A DNA stretch of 64,000 bases from Antedon mediterranea. Lineage: Eukaryota > Animalia > Echinodermata. Position numbers and translations under genes: made by a program. The notes beneath the pieces are model-generated. The model did not search any database. It saw nothing but the letters and a program-made list of their open reading frames with translations, and was not told where the DNA came from. Location: NCBI RefSeq assembly GCF_964355755.1, contig NC_092670.1:30678388-30742387 (forward strand). The letters are read 5' to 3'. Below are positions 39,074 through 52,800 of this stretch, piece by piece (position 1 is the first letter of the stretch; each line of letters begins with the position of its first letter).

Positions 39074-40497
39074 TAACACTTTTCACATCGCATGTATTCT
39101 ACTTACATCTGGTCAATAACTGATCAATTATAATTTAGTATTTTTGATCATCAATCGATATTAAATCAACAAAAACAACAATTAATCCAAAGCACTATTG
39201 ATAATTACAAATATTTGACTAACAGCTCAACAGGAACTGAAATATTAACACACAGGTTTATAATTATTCAATACCATTTTTTTATTTAATTCCTTAATTA
39301 CTATTACTAATGGGTACTTAAAAAGCAAATGTTTACAAGGCATAACGAGATTTACTTTAGAACGCCAACGTAACTTATGTTTATAATTATGGTAATTATT
39401 ATATTGTTTATATATATATTATATAAACACTGTATAGTCAAATACGGAGTTATAGCTTGAACATGTTAATACACTACATGCTGTTCGATGAGGAGAATCC
39501 TACCTAAATCTTCAGAGTCAAGCACCTCAACATTGAGGTACTCCTCATGAAATAGCATGTATTTAATTTAACTGTTTAAGTTAAAATTAGCGTCTTTGGG
39601 TCAGCGTATGTACATTGATTCAACACCGTTTTGTGTGTAGTATAAACATAAGCGAAAGGGATTACGTGTGATTACAAAATCACTTGGAAATGCGAATTGA
39701 GGACAAGCAAAATTGGTGTAGCTGAAGTAGCCTTTAGCCTTCGGGACAAGTTGCCCTATATGTATGTAATACAGATGAAACAACACCAGCAAACGTTTGA
39801 TAATGACCGACCTTTCTATTTATTACAACACGGCAGATCGTTTAGGGGATTGAGCTTCGTCTGTGAAGCCCCACTTAATACAAAAAAGGGTCTAGGCCTA
39901 AGTAAGAAGGGTGTTTCAATACACACAGCCTTTGATCATTTTTATTCTGCTCTGCAATGCATCGATCAGTTCTGCTTACATCAGCTGGTTCAGGCTTATA
40001 GTATTCTATTTTGTGATTATTAATGTGACTTAATGTTGAAATTATTTGAATAAAAAAATAATGGATATTTAAATATTCAAAAAGATCTTAAGTACAATAC
40101 AGAATCTGATTCTATCCATACACAAGAAAAAGAAAACGAAGCTTAATGAATGTATTTACAATTTAGAAATCGTATATATATATATATAATATATATAGAT
40201 ATAAAAGGACCATCCCTGAAAAGTATATTTTAAAATATTTTTAAAGGAAAACAATAATATGACGAACATATCTCTGAGATGAATTCTTCAATATTTGTTC
40301 TGAATAAAATATTCAGCCTGTAGAAATGTGATAATATACATCACGAGAGAAGATTCTCACCACTTAAAACTGTACTTTCTTCTTAAAAATAAAGGAATTG
40401 TTTTGTTGGAAGATTATGCATTCCAGAGATAGAGAACTCACAATAGTTATGTGCTGCCCTCTAGAAGTAGTTAAAAGTGAGTAGCCTTAAGTCCTGT

Positions 40498-40890
40498 CTA
40501 AAGATGAACGTCAACTAAAAGTGCTTTGCTAAGTTCGGTTTCTTCTAATGATTTATCGTTATCATCAATTTCATCCATATCTTTTAACTTAACATATCCG
40601 TTTGAAGTGTCGTTTGTTTTTTCTTCAATTTGAATAAGTGTCGTTTCCTGGAAAACGTCATCATCACCACTATTATGTTCATTGTCATTTATTAGGTCAG
40701 ACGGTGCATTTCCATTTGAATCGTGATCTGTTCTACCATTTGTTGTCCTACCGTTCGACTGCTTGTCAATCGACGATTGAGAATCACTTACAGAGAATGT
40801 TTGGGTCTTATCACTTAAATACGAACTTCTCTTTCTAGCTTCTTTCCCAAGCCTCAGCCGCTCCAGACGTCGATTCAACTTGGATTTAAC
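40498..40890 (-). CDS. GPCR distal terminal exon (130-aa C-tail VKSKLNRR...LVDVHL*)
   Basis: acceptor TTTTTTCAG phase 0; 393-nt open Ser/Thr/acidic frame continuing helix 8. Confidence 0.75.
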   Translation of the reverse strand, partial: VKSKLNRRLERLRLGKEARKRSSYLSDKTQTFSVSDSQSSIDKQSNGRTTNGRTDHDSNGNAPSDLINDNEHNSGDDDVFQETTLIQIEEKTNDTSNGYVKLKDMDEIDDNDKSLEETELSKALLVDVHL

Positions 40891-43800
40891 CTGAAAAAAT
40901 AGTCTCATGCCATAATTAACAATGTAAGGGGAAAACGAAAACAAATTATACGCTACAAACTTGAACAACAAGAACAAAACAAATATCAAACGATATATAA
41001 ACGAAATTTCAACAAATACACACACATGCATCATCAACCACAATGACAAACTATGAGCTGGGAAAAAAAAGCAGTGCAGTGTGGATGGCAGAATTATGAG
41101 TTTAACATAAATAACAGAAAAATGAAAATGTAACCACAAATGATTATAATTACAAACCAATGAATGTGCAAACTTCGACCCGAAATATGTTATCTTTCCC
41201 AACTTATAATTATTAATATGTAGGCATATACTAATAATAAATAAAACAAATAGGCGAATGTTTTATAGCGGCTGTTGACCTCTGAATATCAGCAATTTGC
41301 CTATTTAAAACAAAACATTTAATTTGTTGATAGGAGTAATGTCTAGTAGCCCAACTAAAAACAAAACAAAAATGAACAAAACAAACAAAAAATTATAATT
41401 CCTCCTATTACAAGCTAGGATGTTGTTGACAAATGTTGCAGGATGTACCTTGCACTTTAAATATCGCTCAATACAGTAATCGATTCAAGTAAATACATGT
41501 TAAACGACAAATGTGTGAGATTACTAAGTACTGTGCATTTTGATTGATCTTAAAATCATATAATTTTCAATTTGCCGAATGATAGTTATTATTCACGTGC
41601 GACTGAAAAAACATGCGATGTAATTTTTTTGAACAAAAGCTTTGCATTGTGAACACCGGTAGCTTTAACATGATACATACAAATGCTAAATATTTATTAC
41701 GGAATCTGCAATTTATATTTTTCTGAAACAGAAACAGAATTTGGAGATCCACATAGAATTACTACAGATAGAGAGAGTTTTTCATGCATGTTAAGGAAAT
41801 CGTCGATCGCGAAAGCAATGTGAACATACACGTTCGGTTTATTTTTATGTGTTAAAAGATATACGTTTAACGAAACGTTAACAATTTAACAAAGAAACAA
41901 TTTAGTTACAAAATAGCACCAATTAAAACGCTATTACAAAATTAAACGCATGTGGATCTTGGAAGATTATAAGTACAGCGTAATAATGTTACTTGCTGAC
42001 GTAATCGACAATATTAATTTTGAGCATGCGATAAAACACATAAATGCAGAATTTGTGCAGGCAATAATATAACTGACAGCAGCATTTCGGATTCGAATCA
42101 AAGGTAATTCACATCAAGTGGAATAGATTAGTGTCACGTGAGATATATTATTTACCTACATTTTTTTAATCAATTTCATTGTGACGATCAAAGCGTGTGT
42201 ATATCATGTTGATTGGTTTCAACTAATATGGACGGGCAATATATCGTAGGTCTTAATTTTTTGAAACATTTAGAACCGTTGTGATTAAAAATAATGGGAA
42301 AAAATACGAAGAAAACCTGTGCAAATCCACTTACATCTATACCTGATTAACGTAGACGTGATTCAAACGTATGGCACATATTCGAAAAATCTGTTATTTG
42401 AAAAAGAAATATAGTCGTCTTTCTTTAATAGTTATGCATTAATTACAATAAATCTTGAATAAGTGCTTTAGAATTAATAAGTGATGGTGTATGTTCTAAC
42501 AACGTAAATGGAGTAGGCTAATCGAGATGTGTATAACACGGTAAGACTGGAGAACATTCACACGAATAACACATATATTCAATATAGAAATTCAGTCACA
42601 CGAATCGCGTACGCAAGTACGTGAAGTCCACGCAATGTTATTTCGGATCTGTGTGAAAGCAGCATTTCACGAAAAGTTTGCCGAGTCTGATAATTGTCAC
42701 CAAAATAATAAAAAGCTACATTTGTGATTGAACTAAAAACTTTTTTTTTTTGCTAAGAATACCGTTACATCATCATCGGTACCAACAACAGCGAAGAATG
42801 TATGTTTACAATAACCAAATTCGTGACGAAAATTTAAAATCTCCAATATTTGAAAAATCTCTGCATAAAATATCTTATAATTCCCAAACACAAGTTAGTT
42901 TTTCATCCCAGAGTGTTAGCAAACTCACCTAGTGTTACTCTACGGGTATTTGTGCAGATGATACTTAACGAATACAAGTACAAAATGAAAATAAATGTTT
43001 AAAAAAACAAATTTAACAGATGTAATTAAAATTGAACTATAAAAAAAAAATTGTTGATATTAATAATTCTTTTTTCACTTCCACACCCATCATCATTAGC
43101 TGGCGTTTCCATGTATGTCACACACGATACTTCCAGTTAACCACATAGAGCCCGTTCACACTTAGTTATTTACCCGGGAAAGTTTGTTTCTACTCACTAA
43201 ACTGAGCGATAACTGACCCAAGTAAATAAACAAACTGAACAGGAACGGACCCTATTAACAACTTAGTAATCTTACAAAAGCAACAATTAATGAACAAATG
43301 GACTTTCTTGGGACACCATTGTCATCACCAAGTGGATATAACAACATTGTTGCTAATATTTTAGTGAAATGAGTTACCGTAAATTCCTTTAATAATGGGT
43401 TTAAATGATTTAAAGCTTTTTGTTATGTTTTAATGTATTTGCTATTTTTTGAATTAAAACATCTACAAATTCAGGTAATTATTAAAAAAAGAAATAAGCA
43501 TTAGTGCACCTATTTGTTTGAAGAAATATTGAAAATATACACTACTCTAAAGTGAATTTGCAATATGAAACGATATTTCTACTAGTAGCAATACCGAATA
43601 AAAGTTGTTTTTATGGTTAAAAAAAATTACATCAATTTAAATAGTATTATTCGAATAGGTATAGGAATTTACAGTTTTTATGAGCGTTGGGTAATGATGG
43701 GAAACATATGGGAGGGGTAAACAGCCACAAAAGTCAGAGTTCAAACAAAGGTCAAGCCGTTATGTTCTATATTTATAACAAAACATAGGCAAACACATCC

Positions 43801-46800
43801 TGGTTACATGCGTCACGAAGATGCATTACACCTTTATACAACAACCTCCTCATGCAAAGATCATGAAACTGCTATCTGAAAATAATCTACTGTACATCCA
43901 AATATCCAAAGTTGGGATTCAAACATGAATACAATCATTTAAAATGTGATGACGACTGACTTTCTGAATGATGCATGCCTTAATAATAATATTCTACAAT
44001 AATCTTTGGTCTCGCCTGAGATTAACTTCTGTACAATGAATACTAAACTAAATTTAACTGATCACGTACTTGTTTCCGTTTCTTTTTTTTCAATATTGTT
44101 GTGCAAAACGCACACAAATTATTCGTGTATATTTAGGATAAAGAGTAATCAAAAACTTCCTCTAAAACGAGAAATTAAGCTGAAGTGAAATTAACACTTT
44201 AAAATGGTTTTATGATAAATTGTTAACTTTAATATTACGGAAAACATTGTGATTTGTTAAATTCAATAAGTAAGTTAGTTTTTATTTTAATTGATGGTTA
44301 GTATCATTTTCATGAAATACTAAATAAATGCAATACAATAATGGAAAAAAAATGTATTTCAATGACGTAAATCATAAATAACTGTTTAGAACATAACTGA
44401 TCAATTTATTACCTAAGGCCTCATTCGCACTGGATAAAAATATGGAAATATTTTACACAGATCATGGTAAAGTTTCCTATAAATAAATCCGGTGCAAGGT
44501 TGTTTTCTAGTTTTCCTATCAACTTGTTGTTAACTGTCACACTTCAGTATGTATTGAATAATCCTCAATATTTCCATATTCCACTGCCGAAGTAACTGTT
44601 TTGCTCGAAAGCATTTTGTTTAAACACTGGGCGCAGCTTTGATGGTGAGTACCAGGTGAGGACACAGTGCACTAATAATATCCTATATCTGTCACATTAA
44701 TTATCTACAATTATGGATGAATTATCGCCAAACGGCTTATAAAAAAGTGGAAAGTCGTAACAAATGATGAGCATGCATGGTACTACTACAAATGAAGCTG
44801 ATGTATTTTATGTTAAGCTCTGTGAAATAACAGCAACATTACGAATACGATAACAAAAGCCGGTACATTTTCTAAACTTTTAAGAGTTTGAGTATATTTG
44901 TTTTTATGAACCCATGGATTCGTAAGTACAAAACGACTACTGATAAACTAAAATGTGTGTCTGTTATAAAGTTCTCATTTGCTTTGATTTTACGTTCGGC
45001 ATTGCCAGTCTTGCGGTGTGTAGTTAGTGAAAATTTTGCACTGATAGGCCTATATTCGTTGAAAGGGTTAAAAAGCTTGTCTATGCCCGTCTTGCGGCTT
45101 TAGTTATCGTACTCGTAACGGTGCGAAACCTCGCTAATGGTTTCACAAATTCCCCAAAATATTATGAAAAGCAACAACCCAACAGAACACACAAGCATTA
45201 ATAAAAATAATTGCTATACATCATTTTAGATGGCGTAATTGAGCTTAGTTTAACTTTCAATTGAAAGATTTTAAATTTGCGTGTTTGTGCGTTCTATTGG
45301 CGTGACTATATGAAGTATGTCATTTGACACCCGCATGCGCAGTAAGTACATACAAGTAAAACGACATAACGAAAGCGTTACAGATCCAATACATTTTGGA
45401 TCCAAACAAATAATCTACTGGGTTAGTAAGGTGGGTTAGCGAAAGAAAACGCAAAGCTAATATCAGCAATTATGGTTATGCAATGAAAGATGAAGCGGGC
45501 AACACATATCGTTATATCCTTCTTACTGATGCGTTCATGTTCCCGTTCCCGTTCCCGTTTGGTCTCATTGAAAAACCTTTGATAGATGATAACCGCCGGT
45601 CAGAAAATCGTCTCGCTTCATTGCTTACTTTAGTTTGTACTTCTGAGTTCATAAATACGTAAAGAATGGCAACTGCCAGTCCTTGCGTACATTGGAGGGT
45701 TGTGTTAATTACGGACATGACGTATTTGGCAAGTGGAGTGACATTCTTGATCTGTGGTTCTATCAGGAAGACTATGTAAACTGTACCCAGCAGAACAACC
45801 AGAACAATGGCAGACTTCAACATTTTTCTTTGAAAAGAAAAATAACACAAACATTATATTCTAACGGAAGTGATATCTGATTCTTGTAGTAGTAGTAGTT
45901 TTTAATTATGTACTTTCTTATGTTTCTTATTGTAAGTTCATCATATTATTAATACAATTTTTTTTCATAATTATAATAGTAAACACAAACATAATTTTTA
46001 GAATTTCATAGTCTTTAAAAAAAATGTAATTAATTAACTTAATCAATCTGTGAAATCATGAAAATGTTCTCACCAAGCTCATAAACATAGCTTGTATGTG
46101 TAATATTGTGTTATGTTTTGTGATAATAATGTTAGAAGCAGATTTTAATTGCAAATAATACTCACAAGTGATTTCTAATATTATTTTGTCCAGTTGCTTT
46201 TATTTTTGGAAGAAGAACTTTTAGAATCATCGCCAAGAAAAAGACGTTCATCTAAAGCGAACAAAAAATAATGTAACAAAACAAACAAAATATCGATGAA
46301 TATTGAACATACATGAAGGTGTTCCGATAGTTTCAGAAATGCTTGACATTTAAAATTTAAGGCGCTATTAACAAAATATCTGTGCAAGTTAAATTATTGT
46401 TATGATGATGAAAAAAAGTAATATAAATTATATTTCAAATATAGGAAACTTACAGCCAATAACAATAATATTGGTGTGATAATAAATGCGTATTGCTGCC
46501 AAAGGATGTGTTCAGTCCACCAACAACTGTATAAAGAAAGATTACATAAGCAACAATTAACACATGATTAAACATAGATATAGCAGTAGTTAAATGTATT
46601 GGAACTATGTGTAGGATGAAAACCGGGTGGGTGCAGCATATGCAGTCCTAACAGAGAATGTGTATTTAAGGTGACATAAAATATTTACGGAAACCAAGTA
46701 AAGGTTTTGGTCAGTTGTTTCTAATGCATTACAAATGATAGTCTGGGCTCCAGACGGAGTTTTGTCTTAATATTAGTAAACATATATATATTTTTGCACA

Positions 46801-49800
46801 TATGGCGTTTCATACGTGTATTACTTGAGTACTCCATTTTCAGACAAAAATCGCGAAATTAAAACAAATAAATAAAAGAAAAAGACAATAAATACAGACT
46901 TGGGGCAAGTCTATACAAATGAAGGTAAACTGTTTTTTTTTCGCGCCGCACCTTCAGGCAGTTTTATTCAAGAGGACGGAAGAAACTGAAATCGCGCGGA
47001 AGCTGTTTACTATGTTTGGAAAAATGGGTATTTGGAAAGTCGGCTGACTATGCACAAACTTAAAAGTACGTATGTTAGAAGATAGTCTACGAGACGCCTC
47101 TACCACGGAATATGTATCAGTAATAGTTTAGTTTAGGATTTTTAGGAATTACACAACATTTTTACTACTGATTGTTAAACAAAAATAATTGATAATAAAT
47201 CATTATTTCTTTAATTTATCAAATAGAATATCAAATATAGAAAGAACACTAATTAAAACTGTTACGTCATAAAGTTTCTTGTCCTAAATATGAACTTGGT
47301 TCCTAAGGTAGGAAACTAGGACGCAACCACGCAAAACAAGACTATTGTTTCCGCAGCCAAAACTAAATTATCGGTTATTTTTGTAAACAATAAAGTGCGC
47401 ATGATCAGTCCCTAACAAACAACCAGATGCCTAATCACAACGCAACAATTTTTCCTTCAGGCAGAAGGTTAAAAAATATCGCAATTATCCGATTTGAATG
47501 AGATAACTATCGGTTAATTTTTTTCGAGTGGAATCGGTTAAACCCTGTTTCCACAAGCAGTTTATCGGTTAATTATCGTATCGGTAAATTTTGTGGCTGC
47601 GGTAACACGGCCTAACAAGTCAATTGATGTGCTTTCGGTCGCTTTCTGAACCCAGATACCAGATTAAACTTTGAAGAGGTGAGGGAGGAGAGGAAGCACG
47701 TAACTTGCGTATAACGTTTTTGCTTTGTGGGAATACAACTTTTATCACATAAACAGACATTTTCTTTTGTAATAGGTTTTTTTCTCGATTATAGCCTTAT
47801 TTCTATATTTGTATATTTTATAGATATTTTTTTTAATCAAAATTGTCATTTATTGTAATTGTTATGTGTCCGTCTATGTTTTATATTTTATGCTTAGGGA
47901 CTACAACGACAAGCCACTTGAGTCACTTTGGCTTCTGTGTGTCTTGACCATAAACAATGTAAACTGTCTGTTGATGTTGAATAAATGTTGTTATGTATTC
48001 GAAAAAAAAGTTTCTTTTACATGTAGGCATACACACAGTTTTAAATAATTAAACAACACATTGATGACGTATATTTATTGTTTGTATTATTTACTTACTT
48101 TGATGAATCGGTATCATAAGCTCCATGCTGAGAATAGTTGCTGTAGTAGCTATAACTATAGCTGAAATAGTAAGCATAAATGAAGTATAGAAGATGACGA
48201 AAGCGTGCATGACATGTGTGTTGCTCAAGCTTAACATTCAACTAATGTTCTCATCTTCATATTTTGTTTCGATTTCAACATTTAGACTTCTGAGGCATAG
48301 GCTCCTGCTACTACTATTAGTACTATTCTTATCTTCCAAAATAGATGACCCCAGCTTTTTGCTTCGATATTTAAATGAGAATAAACCGTATTCAGGCCAT
48401 AACGAGCATTAAAACACCCAGTTTTTCTTCTAAAGATTTACTGTAAATAGGACCTACGTTATATATAGGTAACATAACATGTTAAAACAAGAAGGCAACA
48501 TAAAGGTTTAGGCTATAATACGACTATTGGAATTTCTAGAATGACAGTATGCCAACTTTGTTGATTTTTGTTCAATCTCGTGTACAACAGTAATTTGTTA
48601 TTAGAATGTGGGACACAAGAGGTATTGTTACGGAAAATAGTTAACGGATTATCAAATCATATATTATTTAAAAGACAATACTTCACCTCGGAGACATTTC
48701 GTGTTGATCTGTCGCATTGATGGGTTGTGTGTAGCTTCAAGAAAGAACAATGCAATGAATAAGAATATGCTATACATATTTTAAAATGTTGTTCCTAACA
48801 GCAGCGATGAATTGATTTGTGAAATAACAACAAATCACTAGGTTTGCAGTACATGCGTTAAAAAAAAAGAAGAATGGTTGAGGGTGTCTACCGACTTCTT
48901 AGAGTGATCACATAACAACCGATATTTTCAACCATACGTTTATATTTTTATGGAAACACATTGCGTACTGCAAAACTAACTTGATTAGTGTTTATTCGTA
49001 CAATTATCTAACTAACCAATCAAGTAACATTCAGCAAGATGAGATTGGTCATTATATTATTATAGATTTAATAAATGAAAAGCTAGATTGCGCAAGCAAT
49101 GTTTTAATTGATATGTTATTCTTGCCTTATACACGGTCTAGAAACAATATACAGCATACCGTATCGCGTATTATCGTCTCCTGACACAATACAGCACCTC
49201 TTTTTAAAAGCGTTATTTCGACGTTGTTGACGGTACGGTATGTTTTCGTTGGCGGACACGATACTGCAGGTTGTTTTTTTTATATAATTATACCGGCTGT
49301 TATGATACGCTTAAGAATGAAAATTCATGCTTTTTCCTTTTTAAATGTGCATATTTTAAAGATGTATTGTGCCTAAAAAACACGAACAATGAAGATTAAT
49401 TTAATCAGACTTAGAATAATAATGTTTTTACTTATAAAATGACAAAATAAATGGTTAAATTCAAACAGAAATCCACTGGCTTGCAGCCAATCTGACTATT
49501 TTTTGGTTTAAAATTTTTTCAGGTAAATACATTTTTTTTCGTTCCAATTTTTGGTCAAACTGGATTACTATTATGTGACATTAAATTGCATATTTAAAAA
49601 ATATTTCAGAATTATTTTTTCAGGGGCAATACATCTTTAATAATTTAATTTTGGAATGTTACTATTGTTGTGATAGTTGTGTATGTATGTAATGAAATAA
49701 ATGAAGAATGCCTTACTCTTGATACTCCGTGGGTTCTTGTGATGTTGATTCCTTATTTTCTTGAAAAACATACGCCATAGTCTGACATAAAATGAGAATT

Positions 49801-52800
49801 GCAGGCGGTCCTGAAAAAGTAAATATAATAATGCAAATAAGAGTAGAGCAGCCAAAATCGTTTCATACTTTAGGTCAATTAAGGGAATTCGTTTTTTCTT
49901 ATTCCATAAAAAATGGCGATTTCGCTTGTTTGGTGTACAGTACTAACTGGTAATCGAAGATAGTACGATACATTATTATTCTGATTTATATAGAACCCAT
50001 CAACGGGACATCAACACCTCTTAATAAGACTGTTCGCTGTATAGTTATGGTGAACACTAACCTACATTAAATATTCGTCCAGTTGAACATCAAGCCTAAG
50101 GGTATGCCCAGAATAAGTACCGTACATGTCGTTGGAACATGGATCTATATGACACACTATTCTTCCTCACCGTTTCCAGTGAAGGTGTCCCTTCAACAGG
50201 GTGTCTTAAAAGAGTGTCTTAATCATGCAAGTCAATTTCTCAATGATAATAATGTTGAAGAAAATGCGGCACAACCGGGTAAATGTTTGTTGTACTTGCA
50301 AGTTAAGTTTCCGCAAAATTATTATGTGGGATTGATGGAAGACAGTGCGGGAAATTACGTAGGTTTGTGTGACATTCACGCAACATCATGTTATTGTGTG
50401 GGATTGATCGAAGAAAGTGTGGAAGATGCCTCACCTTCCTACCACGTTTAGGATTACTCAATAATGGTACTGAGAAATATTAAAGCAACACTAATAACGT
50501 ACATATTATACACTGCAACAACACAATAGTAGTAGAATAGAATGCCTATCAGGGGACAGCTTAATATATTTTTTTTTATAGGGGTTGGACAATAGGGGTT
50601 GGAGGTAGTGTCAAAACTTATATTTCTTATCGTTTATTTCACAAGAAAGTGTCCTCACGAAAGTGTCTGAATAGAATCGTCCAAAATGAGGAGTTATATT
50701 GAATGTACATGCATACGCATAGTATACATAGGCATAATCATATATTTTTCTTTGTAAAATGCAATGTGTTCGAAAACGGTATCCTGGGATTACAATCAAT
50801 TATATTCTCGAAGTGAAACAAACAATCGATAACTTGAGCCGTTTATCTTACCAAACTACATGCGCGTTGTTACAACACGGATTATGCTCTGTTCCACCGG
50901 TTATATTAAAAGTATCAAGTGAAAACGTTAAGGTGACTAAAGAGCGTGAATCCAATATTATCCACAACAATATTGATGATAAAAATACATTCCGTAGAGA
51001 AAATCTAATGTGTTATCAATAGGTTAAAAGGAAGTCAACGTTGACACTAAATACATTAACGCAGTCGCAATCACAAACCTTTTGGAGAATATTTTTGAAT
51101 TAAAAAATGGCATTTTTAAATGAATATAAAAGGTAATACATATTATTGATTAAATAAAAATGCCTTTTAGTAAGTGCTGTTTAATTAAATGTGTATTTCA
51201 ATACATAAAATGCTTTTAAATATCCAGAGCGAGGAGTGCGGAATTGGTAAAATAACATAATTTACTCGTTTTTCAAATACTTTCTTGCTTTTTGCTATGT
51301 TTTTATATATTTTAAATATACAGTATATATATTTTGTCCGTAAATAAATGTAAAGACAAACTTTGACCACTGAACATCAGTCATGTTTGGGATTATCCCA
51401 TAGCTGTGTGTCTTTAAACATAACGGAAACAGCACATTTTATCTTTGTTAATGAAAATGATACCAATGACAATTTTATTGTTTAAACAAATAATAGAAAC
51501 ATGTTATAGGCCTAGGCCTATACTATTATGTAAAACGTTACGAGAAAAATCATCATATTATTGATCGATGATATCGAACATAATTCGATGGTATACGTAA
51601 TATTTGTGTTGTTGTATTCTTTTATATTGTTTAATGTTTACATAATTAGTTATTTAATTATTTTTTATTTATTGTCGCTTGTAAGTTTTGATTGTTCATT
51701 CTTCTTAGACACGAGTTTCACCGATATAAAGGTGTCGTTTCCAAATAAACATTATATATTATAGATTTAAAGTATAAACAAATACAAAACTAAATGCAGT
51801 AGAACTTCTCCCTCTTTGAGGAACCTGTATTCAGGGACACCTTATTGTTCCCCTTAATATTAGTATGAGATAGAAATAGGATATTTAAGATTTACATCAA
51901 ATATAAGTAATAATGACATGGAGTAATTGTATGCCTATAATTATTGTAGATTATAACGCACATACTATTTAGTGATATAGTGATTTACGATATAGTCATT
52001 ATTGTTTTATAATGTTTCTCTAAGGACGCGTATAAGTAATTTCTGATGAGAAATATAAATAATATAAAAATCGAAACTGACTGCTGTAAAGAATTGCGAT
52101 AGTATAATTCTCATTGAATTGTGAATTAATGTTCTCTCTATAGTTATTATTATTATTATTCCACTATTAAAAATAACATTATGTTATTTATTTAAAGTAA
52201 AAATTAAATAGAAGTCAATTGAAAGGAAATGACTACACATTTATTTTGTAATAAGACTAGTTATGCCTAAATTAAAATATAACATCAATCAATAAATCAC
52301 TTCTATTAATTGTTTACAATTGTGACCTAAGGCCTAACTGCATTCAGTACATTTCCTTTATTTAGTCAATCAATTCGCAGTTTTGCAAACTATAATGTTG
52401 ACAACGTTTACACTTTTACTAGGCAAGTTTATAAAACAGGCAAACTGCGAGTTTGCTAGTGTAAGCATTGGCTTTATGGGGAATTTAGAGAAGAAACAAA
52501 CAATGTCTTACCCCAGCCAAGAAGGCAGTATTTCCACATTCTTATTTTGTCTGGTTCAAGGCGAAACGCTAGAACCACTAATGCGTACAGATAAAACCCT
52601 TCTACCGACATCCAGACGAAATTACATAAGGTGAAATAAGATAAAGACATCGTAATAATCTGACAAAGTGGGGGTGCCTGCAAAATAGAATATAATATAT
52701 ATATATATATATGTATTATTGTATTATACTGAAGAAATTATGTTTAACAATAATAAGAGGATGGAAATTGGGCAGTATTTCGTTATGGCTTGGAGTGGGA

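Noticed and set aside
40891-41202. Hydrophobic N-terminal half of the 234-aa ORF as membrane protein
   Set aside because: T-rich intron upstream of the acceptor at 40891; only the part after FFQ is plausibly coding
48099-48161. Hydrophobic reading (AIVIATTATILSM) of this exon as TM4
   Set aside because: Ends in phase 1, incompatible with the phase-2 CWW exon, and removes GWGxP
50066-50145. Minus-strand GIPLGLMFNW as the GPCR TM4 exon
   Set aside because: No suitable acceptor and an in-frame TAA; 49717-49810 fits the motif and both phases
52043-52087. CTGATGAGA...TCGAAAC hammerhead
   Set aside because: Only 2 bp of stem II and no convincing stems I and III
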